Below, in pieces: positions 1 through 9,033 of a DNA stretch of 64,000 nucleotides. Numbering within the stretch: position 1 is the first letter of the stretch; every line of letters begins with the position of its first letter. The stretch is from Opitutales bacterium (lineage in GTDB: Bacteria > Verrucomicrobiota > Verrucomicrobiia > Opitutales > UBA2987): contig CBDDEL010000014.1 in assembly GCA_965226885.1 (NCBI GenBank), positions 430,590-494,589 on the forward strand, written 5' to 3'. The translations under genes were made by a program, and so were the position numbers. Below the pieces are notes generated by a model. That model was given only the letters and a program-made list of their open reading frames with translations. It made no database searches and was not told the DNA's origin.

Positions 1-528
1 GGTCACCGCCCTGGTTACCCATATGCTCGAGCAACGCGACAACCACGACCTGCAGCGCTTCATGAAGCAACTCGAAAGGCTCGACCTACTCATCCTCGAC
101 GAACTCGGTTACGTCCCTTTTTCCAAGACCGGTTCCGAACTGCTCTTCGACGTGGTCAGCCGCGCTTACGAGCGCACCAGTCTCATCGTCACCACCAACC
201 TGCCCTTTGAGAACTGGATCGAAGTGCTCGGTTCCGAACGGCTCACCGGAGCTCTGCTGGACCGACTCACCCATCGGGTGCATATCCTCGAAGCCAACGG
301 GCAAAGCTACCGCTTGCGCGATGCTCGACGCCGTCGCCGTGGCACAAAACAATAAACGCCTTGGGCCCGGCTCGTCGGCCTCCGGCCTCCTCACCGACCC
401 CAAGCCAATCCCCAAAACCAACTCCCAAACCCTAAACCTTGACGTACCTGCAATTACTAACCTAAACCTTATTCCAAGCGTACCGGTTTTACCCCGACCC
501 CCGTACCGGTTTCATCCCGGCGTTTACA
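1..528 (+). mobile_element. IS21-family element, copy 1; only the 3-prime part is present (runs off the window start)
   Basis: Near-identical to the complete copy at 27514-30003 in opposite orientation. Ends at 516-528 with terminal repeat cccggcgtttaca, preceded by reiterated gtaccggttt motifs as in IS21 multi-repeat ends. Confidence 0.85.
2..355 (+). CDS. istB: IstB-like ATP-binding transposition helper, C-terminal part (5-prime end outside window)
   Basis: Translation VTALVTHMLEQRDNHDLQRFMKQLERLDLLILDELGY... matches the C-terminal half of the 253-aa IstB at 27687-28448. It carries an extra in-frame 6-bp duplication (cgccgt x2, 329-340). Confidence 0.85.
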   Translation, partial: VTALVTHMLEQRDNHDLQRFMKQLERLDLLILDELGYVPFSKTGSELLFDVVSRAYERTSLIVTTNLPFENWIEVLGSERLTGALLDRLTHRVHILEANGQSYRLRDARRRRRGTKQ

Positions 529-622
529 CAGCAGAACCTCGAAAGTAATCATCTAGCACCTCCATATTGGTATGTCACCAGCGGCTGTGTACAGTTTTGG
601 GTAAAACCCCTTATAATTCCCC

Positions 623-710
623 AATTTTGGTCCTGAGCGAGGCGCCCTTGAAGGTGCCGGGACACATAAGTCCCTGCTCTTCAAGGGGAACGCTGCTCAG
701 GACCAAAATT
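623..710. repeat. 88-nt extended imperfect hairpin (nested inverted repeats)
   Basis: Outer arms aattttggtcctgagc (623-638) and gctcaggaccaaaatt (695-710) are perfect over 16 bp. Inner arms are cccttgaag (645-653) / cttcaaggg (679-687), and the apical stem is gggac/gtccc with loop acataa. Confidence 0.7.
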
Positions 711-929
711 GCCCCAGCCCTTCGGGTTGTGGCGGTTTGGGGCATCTGCGGCGTCCGATCGGCTCGGAGAACCCCATTTACGGGTTGATCCGAACCGATC
801 CGCCTTGCTTATGCCGCCAAAACGCTCACAACAGAGGGCATTCACCCTTTTCGAACAGGCTCATGCTAGATCGTAGCGGAAAGCGGAAGCTTCTCGTATT
901 CCAGGATGCCCGAAGTTTCACCGTGCCTT

Positions 930-2062
930 ATACCAAATCTCATTAGGTATGATAATAAGTTATTTGGCAGAAGCGTTTGCTTGAATGTGCTGCCAGCCTC
1001 CGCCAACTAAAGAGAGGACTTTTTCAGTGTCCTCCCACCAGTCTTTGAGATGGGTTGCGACGACTTCTTCGAGTCGCTCAATGCTCGGCCACAGTTTGTT
1101 GGCCGTTTGATCCTGTATCATATCCCAAAGTCTTTCAATCGGGTTGAGTTCAGGACTATACGGCGGCAAATTCACGATATGTATGCCCGGGGGGACGTTG
1201 GGGTGCTCCGAGTCGTGCGGATGGAAGCCTGCCCCGTCCCATACAACCACATGTTCCTCCTCAGGATATTGCTTTTTGATCTGTTGGAGGAAAGCCTCCG
1301 TCCACTGTAGATTCGTGCTAGGGGTTTGGATGCATACCATCTCGCCGTTGACCACGTCGAGGGCTCCGTAACAGTAGCTCCACTGGTATCTTGTCTGATA
1401 TTTTTTGTGCGGCCGAAGCCCTCTTTGCGTCCAGCACCGGCGGTACACCGGAAGCAAACCAAAACGGCTTTCATCGGCAAACCACACCCGAACCCGATTG
1501 CCTCGGGTGAGGGAAAGCTCCTGGAGGATCTTAGAAAAGTCTCGCTTGAACGCTTCCGCTTTTGCCGAGTCCCGTTTCTCATGCACGGGCCGAGGGACTC
1601 GAAGCACCCCGGCGCATTTTTTTAGCCATCGCCACACCGTCTTGTAGGCGAAGGAGCGCCCGAAATGTCGCTCCAGCTCTTGCCCCGCCTGAACGGCTGT
1701 GTTCCAGCGCGCGACCTTCAAACCATTGAGCAAGAAGGCCTCCACCTCTTTGTCGCAACGGCTTTTGATCCCGCCTTTGTAGGCGCGTGTAAGCACCGCC
1801 CCGAGCCCTGCAGCACGATATTTGTCAAACCAACGCTGGATCGTCGCTTTGCCTCGGCCCACGATGGCTCCAATTTCATCAATGCTGTGGTGCGGCTGGA
1901 AGCCCATTTTTAATGCCACCAAACGCTCTTTACGCCAGCCGACAGCCTCTTTGTTGAGCAATTTCTTGATACGTTCACGGTCTTCATCGGTTCCCATATA
2001 TCTTCTCATTCCGCCTTTATAGCTGCTTTTTAATCTTTATCAATCCTTTTGCGATTTGGTAT
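930..2062 (-). mobile_element. IS630-family element, type 1 (about 1.13 kb; boundaries approximate)
   Basis: Inverted termini taccaaatc (931-939) and gatttggta (2053-2061) bracket a single DDE_3-type transposase ORF. The size is typical of IS630. The TA flank assignment is ambiguous by 1 nt. Confidence 0.65.
960..2009 (-). CDS. IS630-family DDE transposase (349 aa)
   Basis: N-terminal HTH region plus DDE_3 motifs WFADESRFG, VVVWDGAGFH and LPPYSPELNPIERLW. Confidence 0.85.
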   Translation of the reverse strand: MRRYMGTDEDRERIKKLLNKEAVGWRKERLVALKMGFQPHHSIDEIGAIVGRGKATIQRWFDKYRAAGLGAVLTRAYKGGIKSRCDKEVEAFLLNGLKVARWNTAVQAGQELERHFGRSFAYKTVWRWLKKCAGVLRVPRPVHEKRDSAKAEAFKRDFSKILQELSLTRGNRVRVWFADESRFGLLPVYRRCWTQRGLRPHKKYQTRYQWSYCYGALDVVNGEMVCIQTPSTNLQWTEAFLQQIKKQYPEEEHVVVWDGAGFHPHDSEHPNVPPGIHIVNLPPYSPELNPIERLWDMIQDQTANKLWPSIERLEEVVATHLKDWWEDTEKVLSLVGGGWQHIQANASAK

Positions 2063-2160
2063 TAGTACCTGCCGTAGGGCAGATTATCCGGCTGCGCGTC
2101 CGGGGCCGCACTCGCCTGAAACTTCAATCCTTCCATCAACTTCGGCTGGTGGGCCGCTCT

Positions 2161-4462
2161 TTATTGCCCTACGCCGCTCGATTGACCACCGGTGAGGAAA
2201 TAGCTATCCACATCGCTCGCGAATGTGTCCGTGGCGGCATCGAGCCTACCGTCACCGAGGTCCGGTCGAAGGGAGGAGTCGCTGATTGATCGCTGACCGG
2301 ATGAAGCGGTAAAACTGAAAGGATAGACGCCATCATCCGTGTCGACCCGAAGTGACCCTACCGCTTCACGCAAGTCTCCTCCGGTAACGGAAATCTCCTG
2401 AATGGTCGATGATGGATCTATTATGATTCTCGGGGCAGCCCGCCCGACAGGAGTGAGGTCACCAATAAGCAGAAAATTCGCAACGATGACGTCGGGTGCA
2501 TTTATGCCGATGAATTGCAACACCCCCGGCAATCCCACGAAATTTGCATTGGCTGCGTTTATGCCGCCGATCATCGTTACTTGCCCATCGGCCGATTCCA
2601 CCGAGATTGATTTAATGTCGGCAATTCCATCGACATTACCCGAAAAAGTGCTGCCACTGATTATGGCCGTGTCGACGCGATCGGGATCATTGCCTAAAGT
2701 AAACACCGATAAATAGGTTCCCGCTGTGGAATTTGCGATGGTTATCGTCGCCAGACCCTGCACATAGGTCTTCCCGGTTTGGTTGTTATAAGGAGATGGT
2801 ACACTCGCGGCGAAGTCCTGTAGGCTGATCGTTAGGGTCGTATTCGGATCGTCGCTCCCGAATTCCACGAATACGAGATCACTGTCCAGATCGAGGAAAG
2901 CGACTCGAGTAATCTCGCCGGGAAAGGATGAGAACGTCGCTTCCGCCCCGTTTAATTCGAATCCGTCATAGATATTTGAATCCGTCATAGATATTTCCTT
3001 GAAACGAAGTGCCGTCGTTTACAAACAGGGCGGAGCCCTCCAGGAGCAGACTCGACGAAAGGGAAATGCGGGCCACCTGATATCCACCGGCTGTAAAGTC
3101 GGCATTCGGAAAAGCCGTTAATATCGCACCACCCGACGCGAACCCACTATGGAATTGCACCGTTCCATTTTCGTCTGGGCCCGTATTCGGCGCCGCCTGC
3201 TCGAGAAACGCCACGTTTGCCGGCACCTCGTCGTTCACTTCCGTACCGGCATCCCAAACCTGTGTTCCGAGGATTATGATCTCCGTCATGACGAAATTCC
3301 CTGATTCGTCAAAAACCTCATAGGCCATGGGATCCCCGTTACCTATGAACGCATCGTTACTCGGAATAATCATAGACGCGAAACTGAAATAGCGATTAAG
3401 CGGTGAACTGCTATCCAGGCTGAACTTGAACGCACTGGTGTTACCGGGAAAGAACACAGGGGGCGGACCCGGACCAGTGATGGTGGCGTCTTCAAAGCCC
3501 AACGCAGCGTTGGAAAATTCGGCCGAAAGCAAAGCGGTGGCGCCGTCCTCAGCTGTTGATTCCAGACCGGGAGAGGCTGCGGCACCCTCATCGAAGAGAT
3601 TGAAGCTGCCATCATGAAATCCCACCCAGAACGGCGCAAGATGAGTCCCTTCCGCCGGTGCCAGATTACTAATTGTCACAAGAACTTCGACGGGAGTGGC
3701 AGGTTTTTCGGTGATTGTTATTCGGACTATCTCGTAATCTTCCATCGTAAAGTCGGCATTCGGAAAAGCACCTAAGATCGCCCCTTCCTCGCTGAACCCC
3801 TCATGGAACTGGACGTTTCCGTCTTCACTCTCACCGGTGTTCGGCGCCGCCTGCTCGAGAAATGCCACGTTTGCAGGCACCTCGTCATTGACCTCGCTGC
3901 CGGCATCCCAAACCTGACTGCCCATTATGAGAATTTCCGTTTCGATGAAGTTTCCCTCCTCGTCGAATATCTCAAAGACGAGGGGATCATCATTGGCGAC
4001 AAAGGCATCGTTACTCGGAATTATCATGGAAGCGAAACTGAGGTAACGGCTCAGCGGCGAACCCGCGTCCAGGGTGAAGACAGTCGAATTCGAGTTACCC
4101 GGGAAAAAGACGGGAGGAGATCCCGGGCCGGTGATCGTCGCATCGCGCACGCCGCCTGCGCTCATTCCAAAATCGGCACTTACCGAACTCGTGTCTCCGT
4201 CCTCGGCGAGCGATTCGAGGGCTTCCGAAACGGTTTCTCCTTCATCAAACAGATCGAAACTCCCGTCGTGAAACCCGATCCATACCGGTGTCAAGTGCGT
4301 GCCTGCCTCGGGAGCAAGGTTTTCGATCGTCACCTTGATCGTTGTAGCATTCAAGCTGGAATTGAGCAACAGGCCAAACGCCATTATACCAACCGGCCAT
4401 CGCTTCCGAGGGCAGATTTTACAGCAGAGGGAGAAAAGGATGTTTTCGATTCGAATCTTCAT
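2161..4462 (-). pseudogene. Secreted protein with two tandem spondin_N-like domains and an uncharacterised C-terminal domain, split in two by a 19-bp tandem duplication
   Basis: ORFs 2966-4462 and 2161-2988 overlap at a duplicated NIYDGF coding unit. Removing one 19-bp copy restores a continuous frame (...SFQGNIYDGFELNGAE...). The internal roughly 240-aa repeat has motifs LAP(E/A)xGTHLxPxWxGFHDGSF, ASMIIPSNDAF and VPANVAFLEQAAPNTG. Confidence 0.7.
2959..2996. repeat. 19-bp perfect tandem duplication (gaatccgtcatagatattt x2)
   Basis: Read directly: 2959-2977 equals 2978-2996. Confidence 0.95.
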
Positions 4463-4530
4463 TGAGCGATTTTCTTTTTATTCAAAGCGTTAACCCGACT
4501 TTCGCACTTTGTGAGTTGAGTCCTTGATAA

Positions 4531-4866
4531 TCAACACCCGTTTTTCAAAGGCACTACAAAGTCGTTTCGACTTTTCTTTTTACCATACTCTTTTTTACGG
4601 GCAATTTCTTCCATTGGCTCCAGCAGAGGGCGTTCACCCTTTTCGAACAGGCTCATGCTAGGACGAGACAGTGTCTCAAAGTCGTTGACAGGTTCCGCTT
4701 TGGACGTAGGTTTCGTGTCGTTCCACATCCAGTCCACCTCGTTCGTGTCGTTCCACATCCAGTCCACCTCGTTTTGGTAACCAAAACTTTGAACCGGGAC
4801 CAGCAGAACCGTCAGGGTCAGGAGAATACACAGTGAGGAAGCGAAGCGTTTGATCGTCGATGCCAT
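4531..4866 (-). CDS. Small secreted protein with duplicated NEVDWMWNDT unit
   Basis: ATG at 4866 gives a signal-peptide-like N-terminus, MASTIKRFASSLCILLTLTVLLVPVQSFG. A 30-bp in-frame tandem repeat lies at 4712-4773. No recognisable family. Confidence 0.4.
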   Translation of the reverse strand: MASTIKRFASSLCILLTLTVLLVPVQSFGYQNEVDWMWNDTNEVDWMWNDTKPTSKAEPVNDFETLSRPSMSLFEKGERPLLEPMEEIARKKEYGKKKSRNDFVVPLKNGC

Positions 4867-4958
4867 CTCCCGACGAAACCTAGGAAAAATGTTCGGAGGT
4901 GTCAAGGCCCCACATTTGGCATATCCGTTACGGTTACAAGCGCAGCCAAGCGTCAGGG

Positions 4959-5909
4959 TCAAAAGGAGTACTTCAGCACGAAGCTGAGCGCCCAGTATTG
5001 GATGTCGCTGAACGTCAGCGTGCTGTCGAATGGAGTTTCCCCGTCAGCCCGGACCGGTCTGTGACTTCTGATGAGGTCCCACACGGTGTCGCCTTCAAGA
5101 TCCTGGAAAGAAGCCCAGCGTGCTTTCATGCCGATTGATACCTTTTCCGTCAGCGCGTAATCGAGGCCACCCAGGAATTGGAAGCCGAAGAGCGTGTCGG
5201 TGAACTCAGTATTCAGAAGGCTTAGCGTACCGGCGGCAGCCGGTGGTTTACCAGCCGGGTAGCCTTGAGCGATCGTCTTACGCAAAAAGCGGGCCTCGTA
5301 GTCCAGACTGGTGCGGGCCCAACCGACGCCCGCGCCCACATAAGGAGTCCAGCGCGAGTCGTTCAGAAAGTCGTAGTAGGCGTTCACGGAGAATTGATGA
5401 GCACTGAAGTCCGATATCCGTTCCGAGGGCGGGTCGAGCGTGCTCACCTCGTCATTCTTGTCTACCAGCGGAACGTTCTCACCATGGACCCTCCAAAGCG
5501 CGGAATCGCCTCCGTGAGACCGGTTCAAATATTCGAATTCAACGCGAAACCTGTCCAGCGCATACCCTACGCTGACGCCGCCCAAGAACCCGGCGCCCAG
5601 GTCAAATGAGTTGGTGGTGGTCGGTTGAGCCGTATTATTTGTGCAGTCCGGGTCGCTGAGTGGAACCACGTTGTGGTCTGGTCTGTCTTTAAGAAGCTGG
5701 TCGCATCTCGTCGGATGATTGACTGCGGTCAGCACGGACCCCATGTCTTCGGCATTTGCAAACCCCAACTCGATGCCGGCGTAGAATCCCTGCCGACTTG
5801 TTTTGGCGTTTGCCACGCCTGCCGAAGCGAGTATGCACAAACCCAGCACGAAGGCAAGACGTCTGGATGGGTTAAGGAGCATCATTTTCGTCATAGTCGC
5901 CTCTTCCAC
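4959..5909 (-). CDS. Outer-membrane beta-barrel protein, paralog 1 (316 aa)
   Basis: Signal peptide, alternating amphipathic strands, C-terminal LKYSF. Shares the motifs TPYVGAGVGWA and LFGFQ..GLDYAL.E..S.G.K.RW with ORFs 6579-7601 and 9034-10014. Confidence 0.7.
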   Translation of the reverse strand: MEEATMTKMMLLNPSRRLAFVLGLCILASAGVANAKTSRQGFYAGIELGFANAEDMGSVLTAVNHPTRCDQLLKDRPDHNVVPLSDPDCTNNTAQPTTTNSFDLGAGFLGGVSVGYALDRFRVEFEYLNRSHGGDSALWRVHGENVPLVDKNDEVSTLDPPSERISDFSAHQFSVNAYYDFLNDSRWTPYVGAGVGWARTSLDYEARFLRKTIAQGYPAGKPPAAAGTLSLLNTEFTDTLFGFQFLGGLDYALTEKVSIGMKARWASFQDLEGDTVWDLIRSHRPVRADGETPFDSTLTFSDIQYWALSFVLKYSF

Positions 5910-5962
5910 GGGGGGCTTTTGTAAGAACCTGTTATAAAACAGGTTATGCCAACAACAAGGTT

Positions 5963-6350
5963 ATGCCAACAAAAGCAGAAAGTCCACCGGTAAAAAATCG
6001 TGATGCAAAGGAACTCGAATTTCAAGGCTTAAACGGAAAAAAGGTTTCGATTGTTTTCGATGAACCGGAATTAACTTCGGATGCGGGGCTCCTGGCGATC
6101 GGGGAATTTGAAAAATCGCTTGGATGGATTGAGAAACTGGCCGGATGCATCAGCGACGGACGGGTTGATCCGACGCATGGTATGAAAGAATTGCTGACCC
6201 AACGGATCTATCAGATCATGGGCGGCTATCCGGATGCGAATGACTGCGACCGGATGCGTAGTGATGGGACCCTGCAGACGATCAGCGGGGTGGAGCAGCC
6301 ACTGGCGAGCCAGCCGACGATGTCGCGGCTGGAAAACACGGTGAAGGCCA
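5963..6350 (+). pseudogene. N-terminal fragment of a second, divergent IS1380-family transposase
   Basis: VSIVFDEPELTSDAGLLAIGEFEKSLGW...LLTQRIYQIMGGYPDANDCD...ASQPTMSRLEN parallels the IS-A N-terminus (VRVDFKGGEVTSDAGLLLIREVDRQLGL...). Similarity stops after about 130 aa, and the rest of the 211-aa ORF is unrelated. Confidence 0.55.
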
Positions 6351-6578
6351 TAGATCTAAACCCGGGTTCCGTACGAGCTTTGACTGGTGCTGCAATTGCA
6401 TTTTTAGAGAGTGGCAACCCGGAGGGTGCATTGTCGCCGTTAAATCAAAGCACTACTTTTCAACCAGAAATTTCGGTGATTTACTATCTGAGAGCAGCGG
6501 TGAATTCGGAACTAGGCGAACAATGGCGGTTTAAAGGCTCTTTTTGCGGAGGGCCGGCAACCCGGGCCACAGATCTCA

Positions 6579-7601
6579 CTAGAAGTGGTATTTTATGATT
6601 GCGCTGAACCCGAACATTTCGGTGTCCCCTGTCTTGATTGCACCCGATACGGGTTCGCTTAAGTCTTCGCGCAGATTGGGTTGGTGACTGCGCAGCGGAT
6701 CCCAGACGACGCCACCACCGCTGAAGGACTCGAAGTTAACCCAGCGGCCCTTGACCCCCAGAGTGATCGATTCGGTGAGTGCATAGTCCAATCCGAACAG
6801 TAACTGGTAGCCGAACAGCTTGTCGGAAAGCTTGTTTCGCGCACTGCTGGTGCTTCCGGCAAGATTCCTTCGGATCTCGTCCACGTTGGGCAAACCGGCT
6901 CCCGTTGTAATCGCGTTGGGGTCGGGATTCCGCGCCCACACACCGCCGTAGTCCATATCGGTAAACCCCACGCCAACGCCAATCCCCACGTAGGGCGTGA
7001 ACTGGCTGCTGTTCGGAAAGTCGAAGTATAGGTTACCAAACAGATTGTGCGAGGTGAGGCTGCCTATGCTGTCCGTGGCCGTTAAAATTTCCTGGACCAA
7101 CTTGTCGCCGCTGGCCCCGGAGGCGTCAAGAAGGGAGGAGGTCTGGTCGTATTCGGTGGCGCGGTAGAAGTATTCCAGTTCGGCGCGAAACCGGATCCAC
7201 GCACTGTCCTGATATTTATCCCATAGTCTATAGCCAAGCGCCACTCCGGCCAGGATACCCTTGGAACCGTCAATCTTGTTCATCCAGTTGTCACCCTGAC
7301 CCCGATTCGCACCCGTGCAGTTGTAGTTCTCATACCCCTCAGTTTGCGTGACCGTCGCGAATAACGGGTTGATGAATTCATCACACACACTGGCCCGGTC
7401 GTTGCTCGTGCCGGTTATATCCAGGTTCGGGGTGAAGTTGACTCCAAACTCGCTGCTCACATAGAGTCCCGAGCCGGCCTGTGCCAGGTGTGGTGTAAGC
7501 ATCCACATGGCTACGACAGAAAGCATGCGTGAAAGAACGAAACTCACTGAATCTTCGACTGTGGGTGGTATTCTCGATCTGTTCACGGTTAGACTGCGCA
7601 T
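6579..7601 (-). CDS. Outer-membrane beta-barrel protein, paralog 2 (340 aa)
   Basis: Signal peptide, C-terminal IIKYHF, shared family motifs (TPYVGIGVGVGF; LFGYQLLFGLDYALTESITLGVKGRW) and a Cys pair in an early loop. Confidence 0.7.
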   Translation of the reverse strand: MRSLTVNRSRIPPTVEDSVSFVLSRMLSVVAMWMLTPHLAQAGSGLYVSSEFGVNFTPNLDITGTSNDRASVCDEFINPLFATVTQTEGYENYNCTGANRGQGDNWMNKIDGSKGILAGVALGYRLWDKYQDSAWIRFRAELEYFYRATEYDQTSSLLDASGASGDKLVQEILTATDSIGSLTSHNLFGNLYFDFPNSSQFTPYVGIGVGVGFTDMDYGGVWARNPDPNAITTGAGLPNVDEIRRNLAGSTSSARNKLSDKLFGYQLLFGLDYALTESITLGVKGRWVNFESFSGGGVVWDPLRSHQPNLREDLSEPVSGAIKTGDTEMFGFSAIIKYHF

Positions 7602-7833
7602 GGATTCTTCCTTACGGGTTTAAGGAGGCGGTGAAAAATGTGGACTATACCAATTCTTAATGTCGGTGAAAAACTCGGGTAAGCAACACGATTTTCAGAA
7701 CATTTTCAAGCCTCGTCTGCAGAATCTGTGGGTCGACTTTCGACATTATCGACTTGATCGAATCGAACCGCTCAAAGCCCAAGAAGCGCGGACCCTACAA
7801 AAAACGGATTTCAAACTGAGGCACTACCCATAT

Positions 7834-7934
7834 TTCCTGTAAAAGTGAAAAAGGTGTAACCTCCTGAGAAAGAATAACGGGGTCAAAGAGGACCCCAAAA
7901 ACAGGAGACTATACCTTTTTCACTTTTACAGGAA
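7834..7934. repeat. 101-nt hairpin with 22-bp perfect inverted termini
   Basis: ttcctgtaaaagtgaaaaaggt (7834-7855) is the exact reverse complement of 7913-7934. The interior also pairs (ctcctg/caggag and ggggtc/gacccc). Confidence 0.8.
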
Positions 7935-8299
7935 GGATATGACATCACCACGGCGTGTCAGAACCGATTCAGAACGTCTCCCGTATTCTTTTCGAGAACT
8001 GCTTTCTCCGGATTTTTAAAGCGGCGCTTGTTATCGCCCTTCAGAATCGCCCCCACAACCTGTATCGTAAAATCTGGGTTATTGGCGTCTTCAGCTTCAC
8101 CGTTCACCGTAGTGCGATTCCCTAAGGAATAGGAGTCGGCACGGAAAGCCGAGGTCATTTGGGTGACCATAATTTCTGCCGATCCACGGCTTCCTCTTCG
8201 TCTCATCCCGTTTCCATGGTTATGTCCTTGACCGGCTTCCACCGGGCAGTCCGGTCTGAAAGTCTATTTCATGTCGGGTCTTGTCGCCATGGCCAACAT

Positions 8300-9030
8300 C
8301 CGTTCGCAGACCCGTAAGGACTGACCTATAAGACAATCGCACCTCAAGGCCGCCAAACTTCGCTTTCCACTTGTAGAACGTGGTCTCGGAAATCCCATGG
8401 CGACGGCACACTTCCGACGTCTTCAGGCCCCGCTCCTACCCGCGCGGGATGCCGATTATCTGCTCTTCACTGAAACGGGAACGTCTTCATGTCCATCTCC
8501 TCTCCAGGCGATAGACTCCACCTTAAGCGGAAGGAAATCCAGGGGCCCAGTCAGCCTGATGGGGCTTCAGGCGGTCTACCGCGCGCCGCGCATCAGCGAT
8601 CCTCACCCCGAGCACCGGGTCTACCCCTATCCGCTCAATGACTTGGCGATCGAGCTCTGGTGCGCCGACATCACCTACATCCCGGTGCGGCGCGGCTTTC
8701 TTTACCTGGTAGCGGTCATGAACTGGGCGAGTCGGCATGTGCTGGCTTGGCGTCTGTCGAACACCCTCGACGCGGGTTTCTGCACAGACGCTCTCGACGA
8801 GGCGCTGGCCCGCCACGGCACGCGCCGGAGATATTCAACACCGACCAGGGTAGCCAGTTCACCGGCTTCGCTTTCAGCGGCCGCCTGAGGGAAATTGGCG
8901 TCAAGATCTCGATGGACGGCAGGGGCCGGTGACTGGACAACATCCGCATCGAGCGGCTGTTGCGTTCGCTCAAATGCGAGGCCGTCTATCTGCGGGAGAT
9001 CGCGGACGGCTTCGAGGGCCGGCTCGTCGT
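8300..9030. mobile_element. IS3-family remnant, degenerate and internally inverted
   Basis: The minus strand encodes an orfA-like HTH (SEEQIIGI...CRRHGISETTFYKWKAKFGGLEV). The plus strand from about 8540 encodes frameshifted integrase-core pieces (ADITYIPVRRGFLYLVAVMNWASRHVLAWRLS, FNTDQGSQFTG, DNIRIERLLRSLKCEAVY). The two halves diverge head to head. Confidence 0.6.
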
Positions 9031-9033
9031 CGG

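Noticed and set aside
6350-6598. The C-terminal 80 aa of ORF 5963-6598 as part of a functional 211-aa protein
   Set aside because: Similarity to IS1380-type transposases ends near residue 130. The remainder is unrelated sequence that overlaps the 3-prime end of the convergent OMP gene. It is treated as a fragment.
7660-8242. ORFs 7660-7842 (+) and 7958-8242 (-) as genes
   Set aside because: They are short and have no recognisable motifs. A KPKKRGPYKKR-like string appears only in another frame. They are embedded in IS debris and there is insufficient support to call them.
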